IMG/VR virus record: IMGVR_UViG_3300044676_000300
Location: 1-36,803 of that record
Length of the DNA stretch: 36,803 bases
From: a virus
Taxonomy: Duplodnaviria; Caudoviricetes
Direction: 5' to 3' (one strand)
In this document: one piece after another, positions 26,854-34,687 of the stretch
Numbering within the stretch: the stretch's first letter is position 1
How the letters are laid out: every line of letters starts with the position of its first letter
Notes under the pieces: generated by a model
What the model saw: the letters and a program-made list of their open reading frames with translations, nothing else
Databases searched by the model: none
Told to the model about the DNA's origin: nothing
Program-made: the position numbers and the translations under genes

Positions 26854-27267
26854 ATGAACGTATGTAAGAAGCACATTGAGAAACGCATTAATGAAATCGA
26901 AGCAATCTTTGCATCTTATCCAGAGGGCCGCATCGAACGGGCACACGCTGATTGGGAAACATGGAAGCATATGATGGATGACCTACCAAATCTTTCAAAA
27001 GATGACATTGAACGCTTTAAGACATTGGATACTGAACCTGTTCGTTTAGAAGGTGAATTGACTGAGTTAAAAAAAACTATGGGTCAAGAACTTATGAAGG
27101 TTGAAACACGTTATGTTGTCACCAATGAAGAACTGATCAACCCTGCGGGCTTTAACATGGAAGATCGTGTTTTTATTCAGACACAAATCGCAATTCACAC
27201 AAACGATCCCAAACGTGTGCCACGCTCAAATCAAACATTATACGTCTACGATGTAGAAAAAGCGTAA
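26854..27267 (+). CDS. Early hypothetical protein (137 aa)
   Basis: Start reassigned to ATG 26854 behind RBS AGAGAAAGGAA. Confidence 0.75.
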   Translation: MNVCKKHIEKRINEIEAIFASYPEGRIERAHADWETWKHMMDDLPNLSKDDIERFKTLDTEPVRLEGELTELKKTMGQELMKVETRYVVTNEELINPAGFNMEDRVFIQTQIAIHTNDPKRVPRSNQTLYVYDVEKA

Positions 27268-27273
27268 TTAACA

Positions 27274-27289
27274 GGGGGCTTTGGCCCCC
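27274..27289. terminator. GC-rich intergenic hairpin
   Basis: GGGGGC-TTTG-GCCCCC; no U-tract on the + strand. Confidence 0.4.
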
Positions 27290-27314
27290 CCCACAACAAA
27301 AACAGGAGAGCGAT

Positions 27315-27566
27315 ATGCGCGGACGTTTACCACATCACTTTAACATGAACCTGTACGTCAAGGGTTCACACTTGCCACTAGTCTTTGAGGGCGTATTGGA
27401 CATGGACGAAGGTTACTTTGAGCCAACCGATGTTTACCTGCAAAATGCGCGTGGGCGCGTAGAGGGCAAAGAAGATTACAAGCTGTCAGAGGCAGTGTTT
27501 AATCAAATCATGTCGGGTCAGTATGACGAAGACATCAACGATGCAGCATGGGGGGCGGGCTATTGA
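27315..27566 (+). CDS. Hypothetical acidic protein (83 aa)
   Basis: RBS AGGAG; ORF track. Confidence 0.75.
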   Translation: MRGRLPHHFNMNLYVKGSHLPLVFEGVLDMDEGYFEPTDVYLQNARGRVEGKEDYKLSEAVFNQIMSGQYDEDINDAAWGAGY

Positions 27567-27664
27567 AGTATGGTAAGTGGACATGGGAAGATGTAATTAT
27601 TGGGATCGCCTTTACAGGGGCGGTCATAGTTTGGACAACAGGAACAGTGAAAGGATGGTGGTAA
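27563..27664 (+). CDS. 33-aa single-pass membrane microprotein
   Basis: MKYGKWTWEDVIIGIAFTGAVIVWTTGTVKGWW; TTGA overlap upstream and TAATG overlap downstream. Confidence 0.6.
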   Translation: MKYGKWTWEDVIIGIAFTGAVIVWTTGTVKGWW

Positions 27665-27867
27665 TGGAAACGTGGCATCAAATGTTACGAAGACATCAAC
27701 GCGAAAAAATAGAAGCATTAGAAAGTCTCAATCAATCTGGATACACTCAATCAGAGGCAGCAAAAATAATGGGCATGGGACTTTCAGCTTTAAACAATCA
27801 GGTAATCAGATCAGGCATACACTGGAAAGTTAAGAGACAAGGGCAGAGAAAAAGAAATGACCGATAA
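27664..27867 (+). CDS. Small HTH DNA-binding protein (67 aa)
   Basis: TQSEAAKIMGMGLSALNNQV HTH; start ATG 27664. Confidence 0.7.
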   Translation: METWHQMLRRHQREKIEALESLNQSGYTQSEAAKIMGMGLSALNNQVIRSGIHWKVKRQGQRKRNDR

Positions 27868-28030
27868 TCAATTAGCCAAATACATTGAACACACGATCAA
27901 AGACTGCATCGCAGCACGGGCAAACCCCACCGCAGCTTTAACGCACATTGACGCGATACACTCACGCATGAAGCACGTATTAGATAAATTGAAAGAAGAA
28001 CGCCAAGACGTAACAGGCGCACCAGTATAA
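27857..28030 (+). CDS. Hypothetical protein (57 aa)
   Basis: MTDNQLAKYIEH...GAPV fills the gap in the operon; below the ORF-track cutoff. Confidence 0.6.
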   Translation: MTDNQLAKYIEHTIKDCIAARANPTAALTHIDAIHSRMKHVLDKLKEERQDVTGAPV

Positions 28031-28039
28031 GAGGGAACA

Positions 28040-28396
28040 ATGGTAAACTATTTTGATACTTTGACGCGGGTATTAGAACGTCCACCGACAGAACAAGAAT
28101 TAGGAATGTTCATGGAAATGAAGCGTGAACAAGAGGGGTGGAGATCGGGCAAGATGAAAATCAAGGAACAAGAGGAAAAGCCAAAGCCGATGCGCGAACC
28201 AAAGCCACCAAAAAAAATCAACGACAGATCACTTTACCGCTGGCCCAGACGCGCCCCAGTAAGGGCAAAGATGATCAACCGTATGCTGAAGGATAACGTC
28301 ACGATAAAAAACATAGCCTATTATCTGGACACAACAGAAAACCAAGTGATGGCAGATATTTCTAGGTGGGACTTACCACAAGCTAAAAACAAGTGA
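28040..28396 (+). CDS. Hypothetical protein with C-terminal HTH (118 aa)
   Basis: TIKNIAYYLDTTENQV HTH-like segment; RBS GAGGG. Confidence 0.65.
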   Translation: MVNYFDTLTRVLERPPTEQELGMFMEMKREQEGWRSGKMKIKEQEEKPKPMREPKPPKKINDRSLYRWPRRAPVRAKMINRMLKDNVTIKNIAYYLDTTENQVMADISRWDLPQAKNK

Positions 28397-28503
28397 TCGT
28401 GTGGGCGGCTGCTTAGTGTCGGGATAAGCTGGGGATGACCAACAAAAACGATGGTATCAACCGCCCACCGCGACAAGATAACAAAAACAAAAGTGAGGAC
28501 AAG

Positions 28504-29406
28504 ATGTCTGTTATACAAAGATACGAAAAAACAGTAAATTATTTGCGTGAAAACTTGCACATAAACTCTGAAGCATTGTTTGACCAAACAAATGACCCAA
28601 ACCCACACATTCCATGCCCCAAAATGACACAGGGTCAATTAAACCAACTTATTTTGCACGATTTAATGCAAGATACGCATTGCTTTGAAATACCCCCAGA
28701 AGTTTATAACGTCACACGCGATTTTGTAGACGACAAACTTCTTAAACATTCTGATCAAATTTTAGACGAAGAATACAGACCTTTAGCTGACAAAATGTTT
28801 GTGACGTTTGTTACGCAAAGCATACCTGATAATATGCTGTCGTTTTGGATCACGCAAACTGAACCAAACATGTACGAATTTCATTACGTCCACAAAGATG
28901 GTAAAATGTCTGATATGGGTCAAGTAAGAATTGGTGGGGCTAACATATGGTATCCATCGGGCAAAATCGGTATTCCAGAAGAAGAGGCGCAGGCAAATTT
29001 AACGTGGGAAAAAAATATGATCCCACACGTTTTAACTACCATTGCTGCGATAAAAAACACAAATTTCGTAAAGTATGAACCAGCAGGTACACGACAACAA
29101 AGAAAATCAGCACATCGCGGTATGGGAATGGCAATGGACGCTTGGCACCGTGTAACTTGGAACATTGACGACGCAAAAAAAGCAAAAGTACCTTACGATG
29201 AAGGCTACCACAAAATGCCATTACACTGGAATAGAGGCCACTGGAAGCGCGCAAAGGAACACCACCCTAAATCTCAGCAAAGACCACACGCATTAAACGC
29301 AGAAGATCGGAATATGTGGTGGACATGGGTTGACGGTTATTGGGCTGGACATCCAGCTTTTGGCTTCAAAAAACAATACCATGCACCAAAGCTAAAGGTG
29401 AACTAA
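28504..29406 (+). CDS. Phage protein with HxxRGHW motif (300 aa)
   Basis: LHWNRGHWK...WVDGYWAG C-terminal motif; start ATG 28504 with RBS GAGGA. Confidence 0.7.
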   Translation: MSVIQRYEKTVNYLRENLHINSEALFDQTNDPNPHIPCPKMTQGQLNQLILHDLMQDTHCFEIPPEVYNVTRDFVDDKLLKHSDQILDEEYRPLADKMFVTFVTQSIPDNMLSFWITQTEPNMYEFHYVHKDGKMSDMGQVRIGGANIWYPSGKIGIPEEEAQANLTWEKNMIPHVLTTIAAIKNTNFVKYEPAGTRQQRKSAHRGMGMAMDAWHRVTWNIDDAKKAKVPYDEGYHKMPLHWNRGHWKRAKEHHPKSQQRPHALNAEDRNMWWTWVDGYWAGHPAFGFKKQYHAPKLKVN

Positions 29407-29407
29407 T

Positions 29408-29623
29408 ATGGAATTTTTCACGTTACTGTACATAGAATATGCGCTGCGTGGGATTGACATTAAGACGTATTTGATTTTGCCAGACTATGAGGCTTGTCAA
29501 ATAGCAATCCGCGACAATGAAGATATGTACAAGTATTTCCGCTCAGATAGCGATGTTGATATGTATTGTATACGCACCAACACGCTATCCAGATCAATAA
29601 AACCTGTCTTGCGCTCTAGTTAG
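29408..29623 (+). CDS. Hypothetical protein (71 aa)
   Basis: Adjacent to the upstream stop; two-Cys pattern (YEAC...MYC). Confidence 0.65.
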   Translation: MEFFTLLYIEYALRGIDIKTYLILPDYEACQIAIRDNEDMYKYFRSDSDVDMYCIRTNTLSRSIKPVLRSS

Positions 29624-29685
29624 AAAAATGCAATTGTAAGACATACATCGATTGGTTTGGTCATCAATCGCTGTTTAGGTAAGTG

Positions 29686-29716
29686 GCCCTCAAACTTCGG
29701 TTTGGGGGCTTTTCTT
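29686..29716 (+). terminator. Intrinsic terminator at the convergence of early and late regions
   Basis: GCCCTCAAAC-TTCG-GTTTGGGGGC followed by TTTTCTT; C(UUCG)G tetraloop. Confidence 0.85.
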
Positions 29717-29719
29717 ATA

Positions 29720-30190
29720 TTAAACGATAAGTTCAAAGTGCGGGGCATCTATAAATGGTCTGCGTGATTGTGAACGTCGCAGGTCAACATAGGCGTTCAT
29801 AGCATCTTCTGCCGATCCAGCATAATCAGTGATCGAACCCTCTGACCATGCAGCGCCCCATTTGATGTTGCATCCGACTTCACGGGCTGCTGCCGCCATA
29901 GCATCACAGATGTCATCGTACATGTTCAATTCCCAAACAGGCGATGGGCCATCATATGCAACCAAATCAACAGCGTGAGACATGCCATCAGCCTGCGGAA
30001 TGTGCTTACTGTTCATGGTTTGGCTACGACCAGATGCGACCAAACGCTCTTGCTCTTTAACGGTTCTTAAACCACACGTCACGCCGAAGTCGATTGAAGT
30101 CAGCTTGATAGCGCGTTTTACTGTTTCGGCCATGTCGGGGTGTACGCCCTCTAAACGACCAAGGCTGCGTGTTGATAAACTAAATGGCAT
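29720..30190 (-). CDS. Endolysin, M15-family Zn peptidase (L-Ala-D-Glu type, 156 aa)
   Basis: LEGVHPD, GLRT..EQ, SKH......AVD, WG..W and DAPHFEL motifs. Confidence 0.92.
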   Translation of the reverse strand: MPFSLSTRSLGRLEGVHPDMAETVKRAIKLTSIDFGVTCGLRTVKEQERLVASGRSQTMNSKHIPQADGMSHAVDLVAYDGPSPVWELNMYDDICDAMAAAAREVGCNIKWGAAWSEGSITDYAGSAEDAMNAYVDLRRSQSRRPFIDAPHFELIV

Positions 30191-30576
30191 TACTTTCTCC
30201 CAAAGAATTTTGTTGCAGAACGCACAGCGAAGCTACTAGCTACAATCACACCCAAAGTGTACTGATACCACTCTGGCATCGTTTCCAGCGCTGCAAACCC
30301 CTCTGCAACGGCTGTGCGGCCCCATTCACCTGTGAAGCAGAGTATTAAAGGCACCGAAAAAAGCAAAACCAGATATTCGTCTTTCCAGCTTGCCTGTGTA
30401 CCCTGCGCCATGATCCGTTCCCAATCAGCAACGGACGTTTCCTTTGACAGCATGATCTTAGCTTTGGCTTCTGCTTCTGTCAGTTTCAGCTTGGCTTCGG
30501 CAGCTTGCTTATCTGCCTTACCCTTCAACCAGCCACCCGCCAGTTCAGTCAGCGGCCCAATAAGTGCCTGTATCAT
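30190..30576 (-). CDS. Putative holin (128 aa)
   Basis: SWKDEY followed by two TM segments and PEWY; adjacent to the endolysin. Confidence 0.7.
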   Translation of the reverse strand: MIQALIGPLTELAGGWLKGKADKQAAEAKLKLTEAEAKAKIMLSKETSVADWERIMAQGTQASWKDEYLVLLFSVPLILCFTGEWGRTAVAEGFAALETMPEWYQYTLGVIVASSFAVRSATKFFGRK

Positions 30577-30878
30577 TTCTTGGCCCCCATATTGCTAAAT
30601 CCAAAATAAGCACCCACCAAAGCGCTAACCGACACGACATATATGTTCGCTATGTCTGCAATTAGACCCGCAGCGGTGCTTAAACCCGCTATAGAAGCCC
30701 CCAGAATGGCCAAAGGGTATAAAACCATGCCAGACAGCGCAAACCAAGTCATGCGCCTCTGTGCGTCCCTTTTAGCGTCTGCATCTTCCATTGCGCGGCG
30801 ACGATCTTCCAACATGATTTCCCGTTCGTCAGGATCAATTTTTCCGTTTTGGTTTAGATCGTAGTTTTGTTTTTCCAT
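30573..30878 (-). CDS. Two-TM membrane protein with N-terminal EF-hand-like loop (101 aa)
   Basis: DLNQNGKIDPDE loop; two hydrophobic helices; VGAYFG motif. Confidence 0.7.
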   Translation of the reverse strand: MEKQNYDLNQNGKIDPDEREIMLEDRRRAMEDADAKRDAQRRMTWFALSGMVLYPLAILGASIAGLSTAAGLIADIANIYVVSVSALVGAYFGFSNMGAKK

Positions 30879-30981
30879 GAACGTACCTTTCGGCTATGCG
30901 CTTATGTGTCGTGATGATAACGATCACATTGTCATCTGTCAAAACTACCCATTGATTGCGCTTACGTTCCACTAACCTCAA
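30835..30981 (-). CDS. Small hypothetical protein (48 aa)
   Basis: MRLVERKRNQWVVLTDDNVIVIITTHKRIAERYV...; fills the operon gap; TTG or GTG start. Confidence 0.5.
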   Translation of the reverse strand: MRLVERKRNQWVVLTDDNVIVIITTHKRIAERYVHGKTKLRSKPKRKN

Positions 30982-31138
30982 GACAAACCACAGTCTGGCT
31001 GTTGTGTACCACCAAACCCTCTTTTGCCTTTCTGCGTTCCTGTTCGCATTCTTCGTATGTACTGTATGACGGGCCTATTTGATAATACTTCAATGAAGCT
31101 GACGGAATGTACTGTATAAACACAAGTATATACAACAT
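30962..31138 (-). CDS. Hypothetical protein (58 aa)
   Basis: Start ATG 31138 (TGATG overlap); hydrophobic N-terminus; YEEC...VVC. Confidence 0.6.
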   Translation of the reverse strand: MLYILVFIQYIPSASLKYYQIGPSYSTYEECEQERRKAKEGLVVHNSQTVVCLEVSGT

Positions 31139-31626
31139 CACCACCGCCCCTGCGCTGAACCAATTAACCAAATCGCACCGCCGACGATAACAGCACCAAC
31201 AATCGCAAAGACTGACCCAATGACCCAGCTTAGAATAGCATCTATCGCTTCTTGTTTGCGGTATAACTGTTCTTTGCGCTCTTTCCTTATTTGGCCCTCT
31301 AATCGCACTAATTCTTCCCAGTGCGATGGCCCCCAATAAGCTGAAATATACGACTTCAATTCTGACCTGAGATGATCTGCCTGTTTCTTTGCGGTAAAAG
31401 CCTCTAACGCCTCTGCTTCAACAGACCCACGCATGGTTTTCCATAGCGACGGTTTTTCTTTAGCTTTGCTTTCAAGGTAAGTAATGTCCGACATTGCAGA
31501 AGCCCACTTGGAAAGTTGACCTGCGCAATCTTGTATTTCACGCCCTGTTGCGATCATGGATTTCAGCCCATTAAAAGCCACATTCGCTGCTGATAATGCT
31601 GCGCCTATGGTTATGGGATCGGGCAT
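31138..31626 (-). CDS. Hypothetical coiled-coil protein with C-terminal TM (162 aa)
   Basis: MPDPIT N-terminus, helical body, hydrophobic C-terminus. Confidence 0.75.
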   Translation of the reverse strand: MPDPITIGAALSAANVAFNGLKSMIATGREIQDCAGQLSKWASAMSDITYLESKAKEKPSLWKTMRGSVEAEALEAFTAKKQADHLRSELKSYISAYWGPSHWEELVRLEGQIRKERKEQLYRKQEAIDAILSWVIGSVFAIVGAVIVGGAIWLIGSAQGRW

Positions 31627-31892
31627 TATTTTTTGCTACCGCGTTCGTCTATTCTTTGAACGCTTTCACGAATTGCTGACATATCACCCGCAATTCTTGC
31701 TAATAGAACCTCTTGCGCATGAACCGATTGCTCTAGCGTATCGATCCGCTGCATGTTGCGGTCAATGTCCCGCACCGCTGTTTCTACATCTGACGCAATG
31801 CCAGTGATGTAGCCCACCAAGAGTATCGTTTGAACAATAATTGCGAAGCCAAAAGACATGGCTTGCAAATTAACCTTCACGGGTGTGGTCAT
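31626..31892 (-). CDS. TM plus coiled-coil protein, lysis region (88 aa)
   Basis: N-terminal hydrophobic helix then heptad repeats; start ATG 31892. Confidence 0.65.
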   Translation of the reverse strand: MTTPVKVNLQAMSFGFAIIVQTILLVGYITGIASDVETAVRDIDRNMQRIDTLEQSVHAQEVLLARIAGDMSAIRESVQRIDERGSKK

Positions 31893-31893
31893 G

Positions 31894-32175
31894 TTAAAAT
31901 CCGTTAGCAATTAGTTTACCAAAGTCACCAGACATTAACTTCTTTTTAACATATTCTGCGAACTCTGGCGACCCCAGTTTCAGGCCGCTTTCCTTCATCC
32001 ACATTTCGATAACCACAAAGGGTACTGATCCAGCCAAACGCATGTCGCTGCGCACATTGTGACCGTCGATGTTGCGCTCCTTATTGAAGTCCAAGATGTC
32101 TTGGATGTCTTGTGAACGCTTCACAATCAGCTTGTCGTCTTCTGTGTGGTAAGTAGTGTTCAGGTAGTTATCCAT
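31894..32175 (-). CDS. Conserved head-region hypothetical protein (93 aa)
   Basis: QDIQDILDFNK...AGSVPFVVIEMW motif; start ATG 32175. Confidence 0.7.
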   Translation of the reverse strand: MDNYLNTTYHTEDDKLIVKRSQDIQDILDFNKERNIDGHNVRSDMRLAGSVPFVVIEMWMKESGLKLGSPEFAEYVKKKLMSGDFGKLIANGF

Positions 32176-32434
32176 TCTTCTTTGGCCTTCCCCGCTTCTT
32201 AGGTGCCTTCCCACCTTCCCACGCTTCGTTTACATCTGGTGTAGAAGGGTCATCAGCTTTTAACTTGCCTTTAGCAGTACGGGCGCGTTTCGGTTTTGGA
32301 TCATCGATGCGCTGGGCAAATCCGTTTGCAAGCATTGCTTCTCCCGCATCATCAGGAACTTCAACGATGTCGTCCATTGCGGCCTTGCGACCATCAACGA
32401 ACGGGCCACGATCTGTAATAATCTTTAACTTCAT
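32168..32434 (-). CDS. Small basic head-region protein with AT-hook (88 aa)
   Basis: RARTAKGKLKADDPSTPDVNEAW and KKRGRPKK; follows the capsid gene. Confidence 0.75.
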   Translation of the reverse strand: MKLKIITDRGPFVDGRKAAMDDIVEVPDDAGEAMLANGFAQRIDDPKPKRARTAKGKLKADDPSTPDVNEAWEGGKAPKKRGRPKKNG

Positions 32435-32449
32435 TTCAAACTCCCATGT

Positions 32450-32473
32450 AAAGAAGGGGGGATTGCTCCCCCC
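32450..32473 (-). terminator. Intrinsic terminator after the capsid gene
   Basis: GGGGGGA-GCAA-TCCCCCC followed by TTCTTT. Confidence 0.85.
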
Positions 32474-32481
32474 AACCAGTA

Positions 32482-33441
32482 TTATGAACAGTCAGCAATC
32501 ACACCGTGTGCTTTTTCTGATGTTACCTCTAGACCCCATTCTGCTGAGATCAAGCGGCGCTCTGACAAACCAGTGCGGGCAAGAGGCTTCTGACGTGCTG
32601 TCTGCAAGTACGCGATTTTTGCGTAGCTTGGGTCTAGTACGAATACATCTCTAGCGCGAATGTGGCGGGCTGGTACAATCTGAAGTGTACCAAAATCTGA
32701 TACATAGATATCTACCGCTGCTGTCAAACGCTTTCCGTCTACTTCTTGGTACTTAGTCGCATTACCAGTGAAGCCAGAGATTGTTTGCTTTTGTGAAGAA
32801 CCACAAAGAACAACAGATGGGTCAGCACCTTCATCCCAGCATGAAGCAATTACAGACTTCAATAGGGTTTCAGTGATTGCACGGGTTGTACCGTCTGTCG
32901 CTGCTGCGTTTGGATAACCCGCAGAACCTGAACCAGATGTAGTACCGTTGGCACCACCTGTTCCGCGCTCTACGTTAGTAGTCAAGAACGCTGGTAGACC
33001 TGCAGTTGTACGTGCAGTACCAGAAGCACCCGCACCGCCAGCTACGTTGTCCAATGCCATTTTTTCCATGTCACGCTTTAGCTCAGACAATTTATAAGCA
33101 ACCTGCTTGGCAACTGTTTGAGCGTTTGCAACACCATTGACGTTTTGGTTCGTATCGGACACCTCAACAACTTTTGCACTGATGGCGGTATAATTTCCTT
33201 TGCGAACCGCGTTTGTTGGCGCATTGTTAGATAGGCCCGCGTCACCTTCGATTTGGGTGTTAGTCGCAGCCGCTGCTAGATCGACTTCAGACCATTCGAA
33301 GTATGTGTTGTCCACGTTGCGTGTACCAATTGTAGACATGAAGATTGTCTCAGTTGGTGAGATAGAAGCCATTGCATCTGCTAGGTCTTCACGAATTGTT
33401 GAAACATCATATGTTTCGTTTGTATTTGCTGTCACAGCCAT
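32482..33441 (-). CDS. Major capsid protein (SU10/DUF5309-like, 319 aa)
   Basis: REDL.D....ISPTET, FEW..V.L, GNYT.I, ELKRDME, YVSDFG motifs; follows the scaffold; terminator behind. Confidence 0.92.
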   Translation of the reverse strand: MAVTANTNETYDVSTIREDLADAMASISPTETIFMSTIGTRNVDNTYFEWSEVDLAAAATNTQIEGDAGLSNNAPTNAVRKGNYTAISAKVVEVSDTNQNVNGVANAQTVAKQVAYKLSELKRDMEKMALDNVAGGAGASGTARTTAGLPAFLTTNVERGTGGANGTTSGSGSAGYPNAAATDGTTRAITETLLKSVIASCWDEGADPSVVLCGSSQKQTISGFTGNATKYQEVDGKRLTAAVDIYVSDFGTLQIVPARHIRARDVFVLDPSYAKIAYLQTARQKPLARTGLSERRLISAEWGLEVTSEKAHGVIADCS

Positions 33442-33465
33442 TGTCGTTTTCCTTTAGACAAAAGA

Positions 33466-34452
33466 TTAAGATAGTAGGAAATTAGCGACACTATCGATGT
33501 CACCTTTTTCCCGCATTGCCGCCTCTGCCTTTTTAGCGCGTGATACTTTGCCTGCTTGTGCCGAACGCTTCGCTGCGGATTTTACTACTGGACGCGCACC
33601 CTCTACCTTTTGCTTGGCTTTGGTTTTGCCCGCTTGTAGCTCCCGCCACTTCAGTGCGTCATTAAGGATCAAAACTTCCTCTGCTGTTTTAACAGTGCTG
33701 ATCTGTTCATCAGTTAACTGGTAATGCCTTTTTGCTTTGGTTGTCATGTCCTGAATAATAGCAGATCGTTTTTCTACGTCCGCGAAATCAGGCATCCACT
33801 CCGCTAGGCGCATAGCCTGTTGGGTTAGAAATTCCTCTTGCAAGCGATTATTCTCTTGCTGTTCGCGTTGTTGAACGTATTGAACCTGCTGTTCCCATCG
33901 CTGACGCTGTTCGACTGCACGGCGATATTCTTCTGCTTCCATCTGAAACCTGAAAGGGTCACTTTCTTTGAGTTCCTCTGCTGGGTATTCTGGAATAACA
34001 GGAATGTTGCCCTGCTGCATACGCTGCATCATTTGCTGTAGCATCTGACGTTCCTGAGCCGTTTCGCTAGTTAGCTGTTCGTATTGTTTACGTTGTTCAG
34101 CTACTTCACTCATGCCCTTTTGGATGTACTTTTGCCCTGAGTATCCACGGGTTAACTCCTCTAAGGATACCTGACGTTCCTCACCATCAACCTTGACAGT
34201 GTACAATTCAGGCTCTTGTGGAGCTTCGTCTACTTCAACCTCAACATCCTCAACATCATCATAATCATCGTCGGATGATGCTTCGACGACATCCTGATCG
34301 TCATCTACATAATCATCATTATCGGGCTGAGTGTCCTCAGTTGCCTCTAATGTTTCTTCCGCAGGTGCTTCAGAATTACTAGGCGTATCCATGATCAAAT
34401 TATCGGCAACCGCCTCTAGGTCATTGCCATTGATTGGGTTAGTCGTTTCCAC
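33466..34452 (-). CDS. Capsid scaffolding protein (328 aa)
   Basis: Acidic N-terminus, YTVKVDGEERQVSLEEL..GYS motif, coiled coils. Confidence 0.85.
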   Translation of the reverse strand: METTNPINGNDLEAVADNLIMDTPSNSEAPAEETLEATEDTQPDNDDYVDDDQDVVEASSDDDYDDVEDVEVEVDEAPQEPELYTVKVDGEERQVSLEELTRGYSGQKYIQKGMSEVAEQRKQYEQLTSETAQERQMLQQMMQRMQQGNIPVIPEYPAEELKESDPFRFQMEAEEYRRAVEQRQRWEQQVQYVQQREQQENNRLQEEFLTQQAMRLAEWMPDFADVEKRSAIIQDMTTKAKRHYQLTDEQISTVKTAEEVLILNDALKWRELQAGKTKAKQKVEGARPVVKSAAKRSAQAGKVSRAKKAEAAMREKGDIDSVANFLLS

Positions 34453-34687
34453 GGTGCTTTCCCTTCCGTTTTATGAGAGCTACGGCATCTACATCTGCCT
34501 GTAGTGATCTCTCTATTGCTGTTAATGCCCGTAAGATGGCGTGAGCATCCTCACGTTTTTCCACCTCTTGGGCGCTGCTATCTGCGAAAGTCCTCATTTG
34601 GGTGTCCCGCAAATCTTTTATGGTTTCTACGAACCATTCATTCTCTAAAAGTGACTTTGAGCGTTTAGCCCTTTGCTCAATATCCAC
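34439..34687 (-). CDS. Small helical protein between portal and scaffold (82 aa)
   Basis: Overlaps both neighbours; typical position in this head module. Confidence 0.75.
   Translation of the reverse strand: MDIEQRAKRSKSLLENEWFVETIKDLRDTQMRTFADSSAQEVEKREDAHAILRALTAIERSLQADVDAVALIKRKGKHRGND

Noticed and set aside
29623-29685. Short open frame EKCNCKTYIDWFGHQSLFR after the last early gene
   Set aside because: No in-frame start codon after the preceding stop
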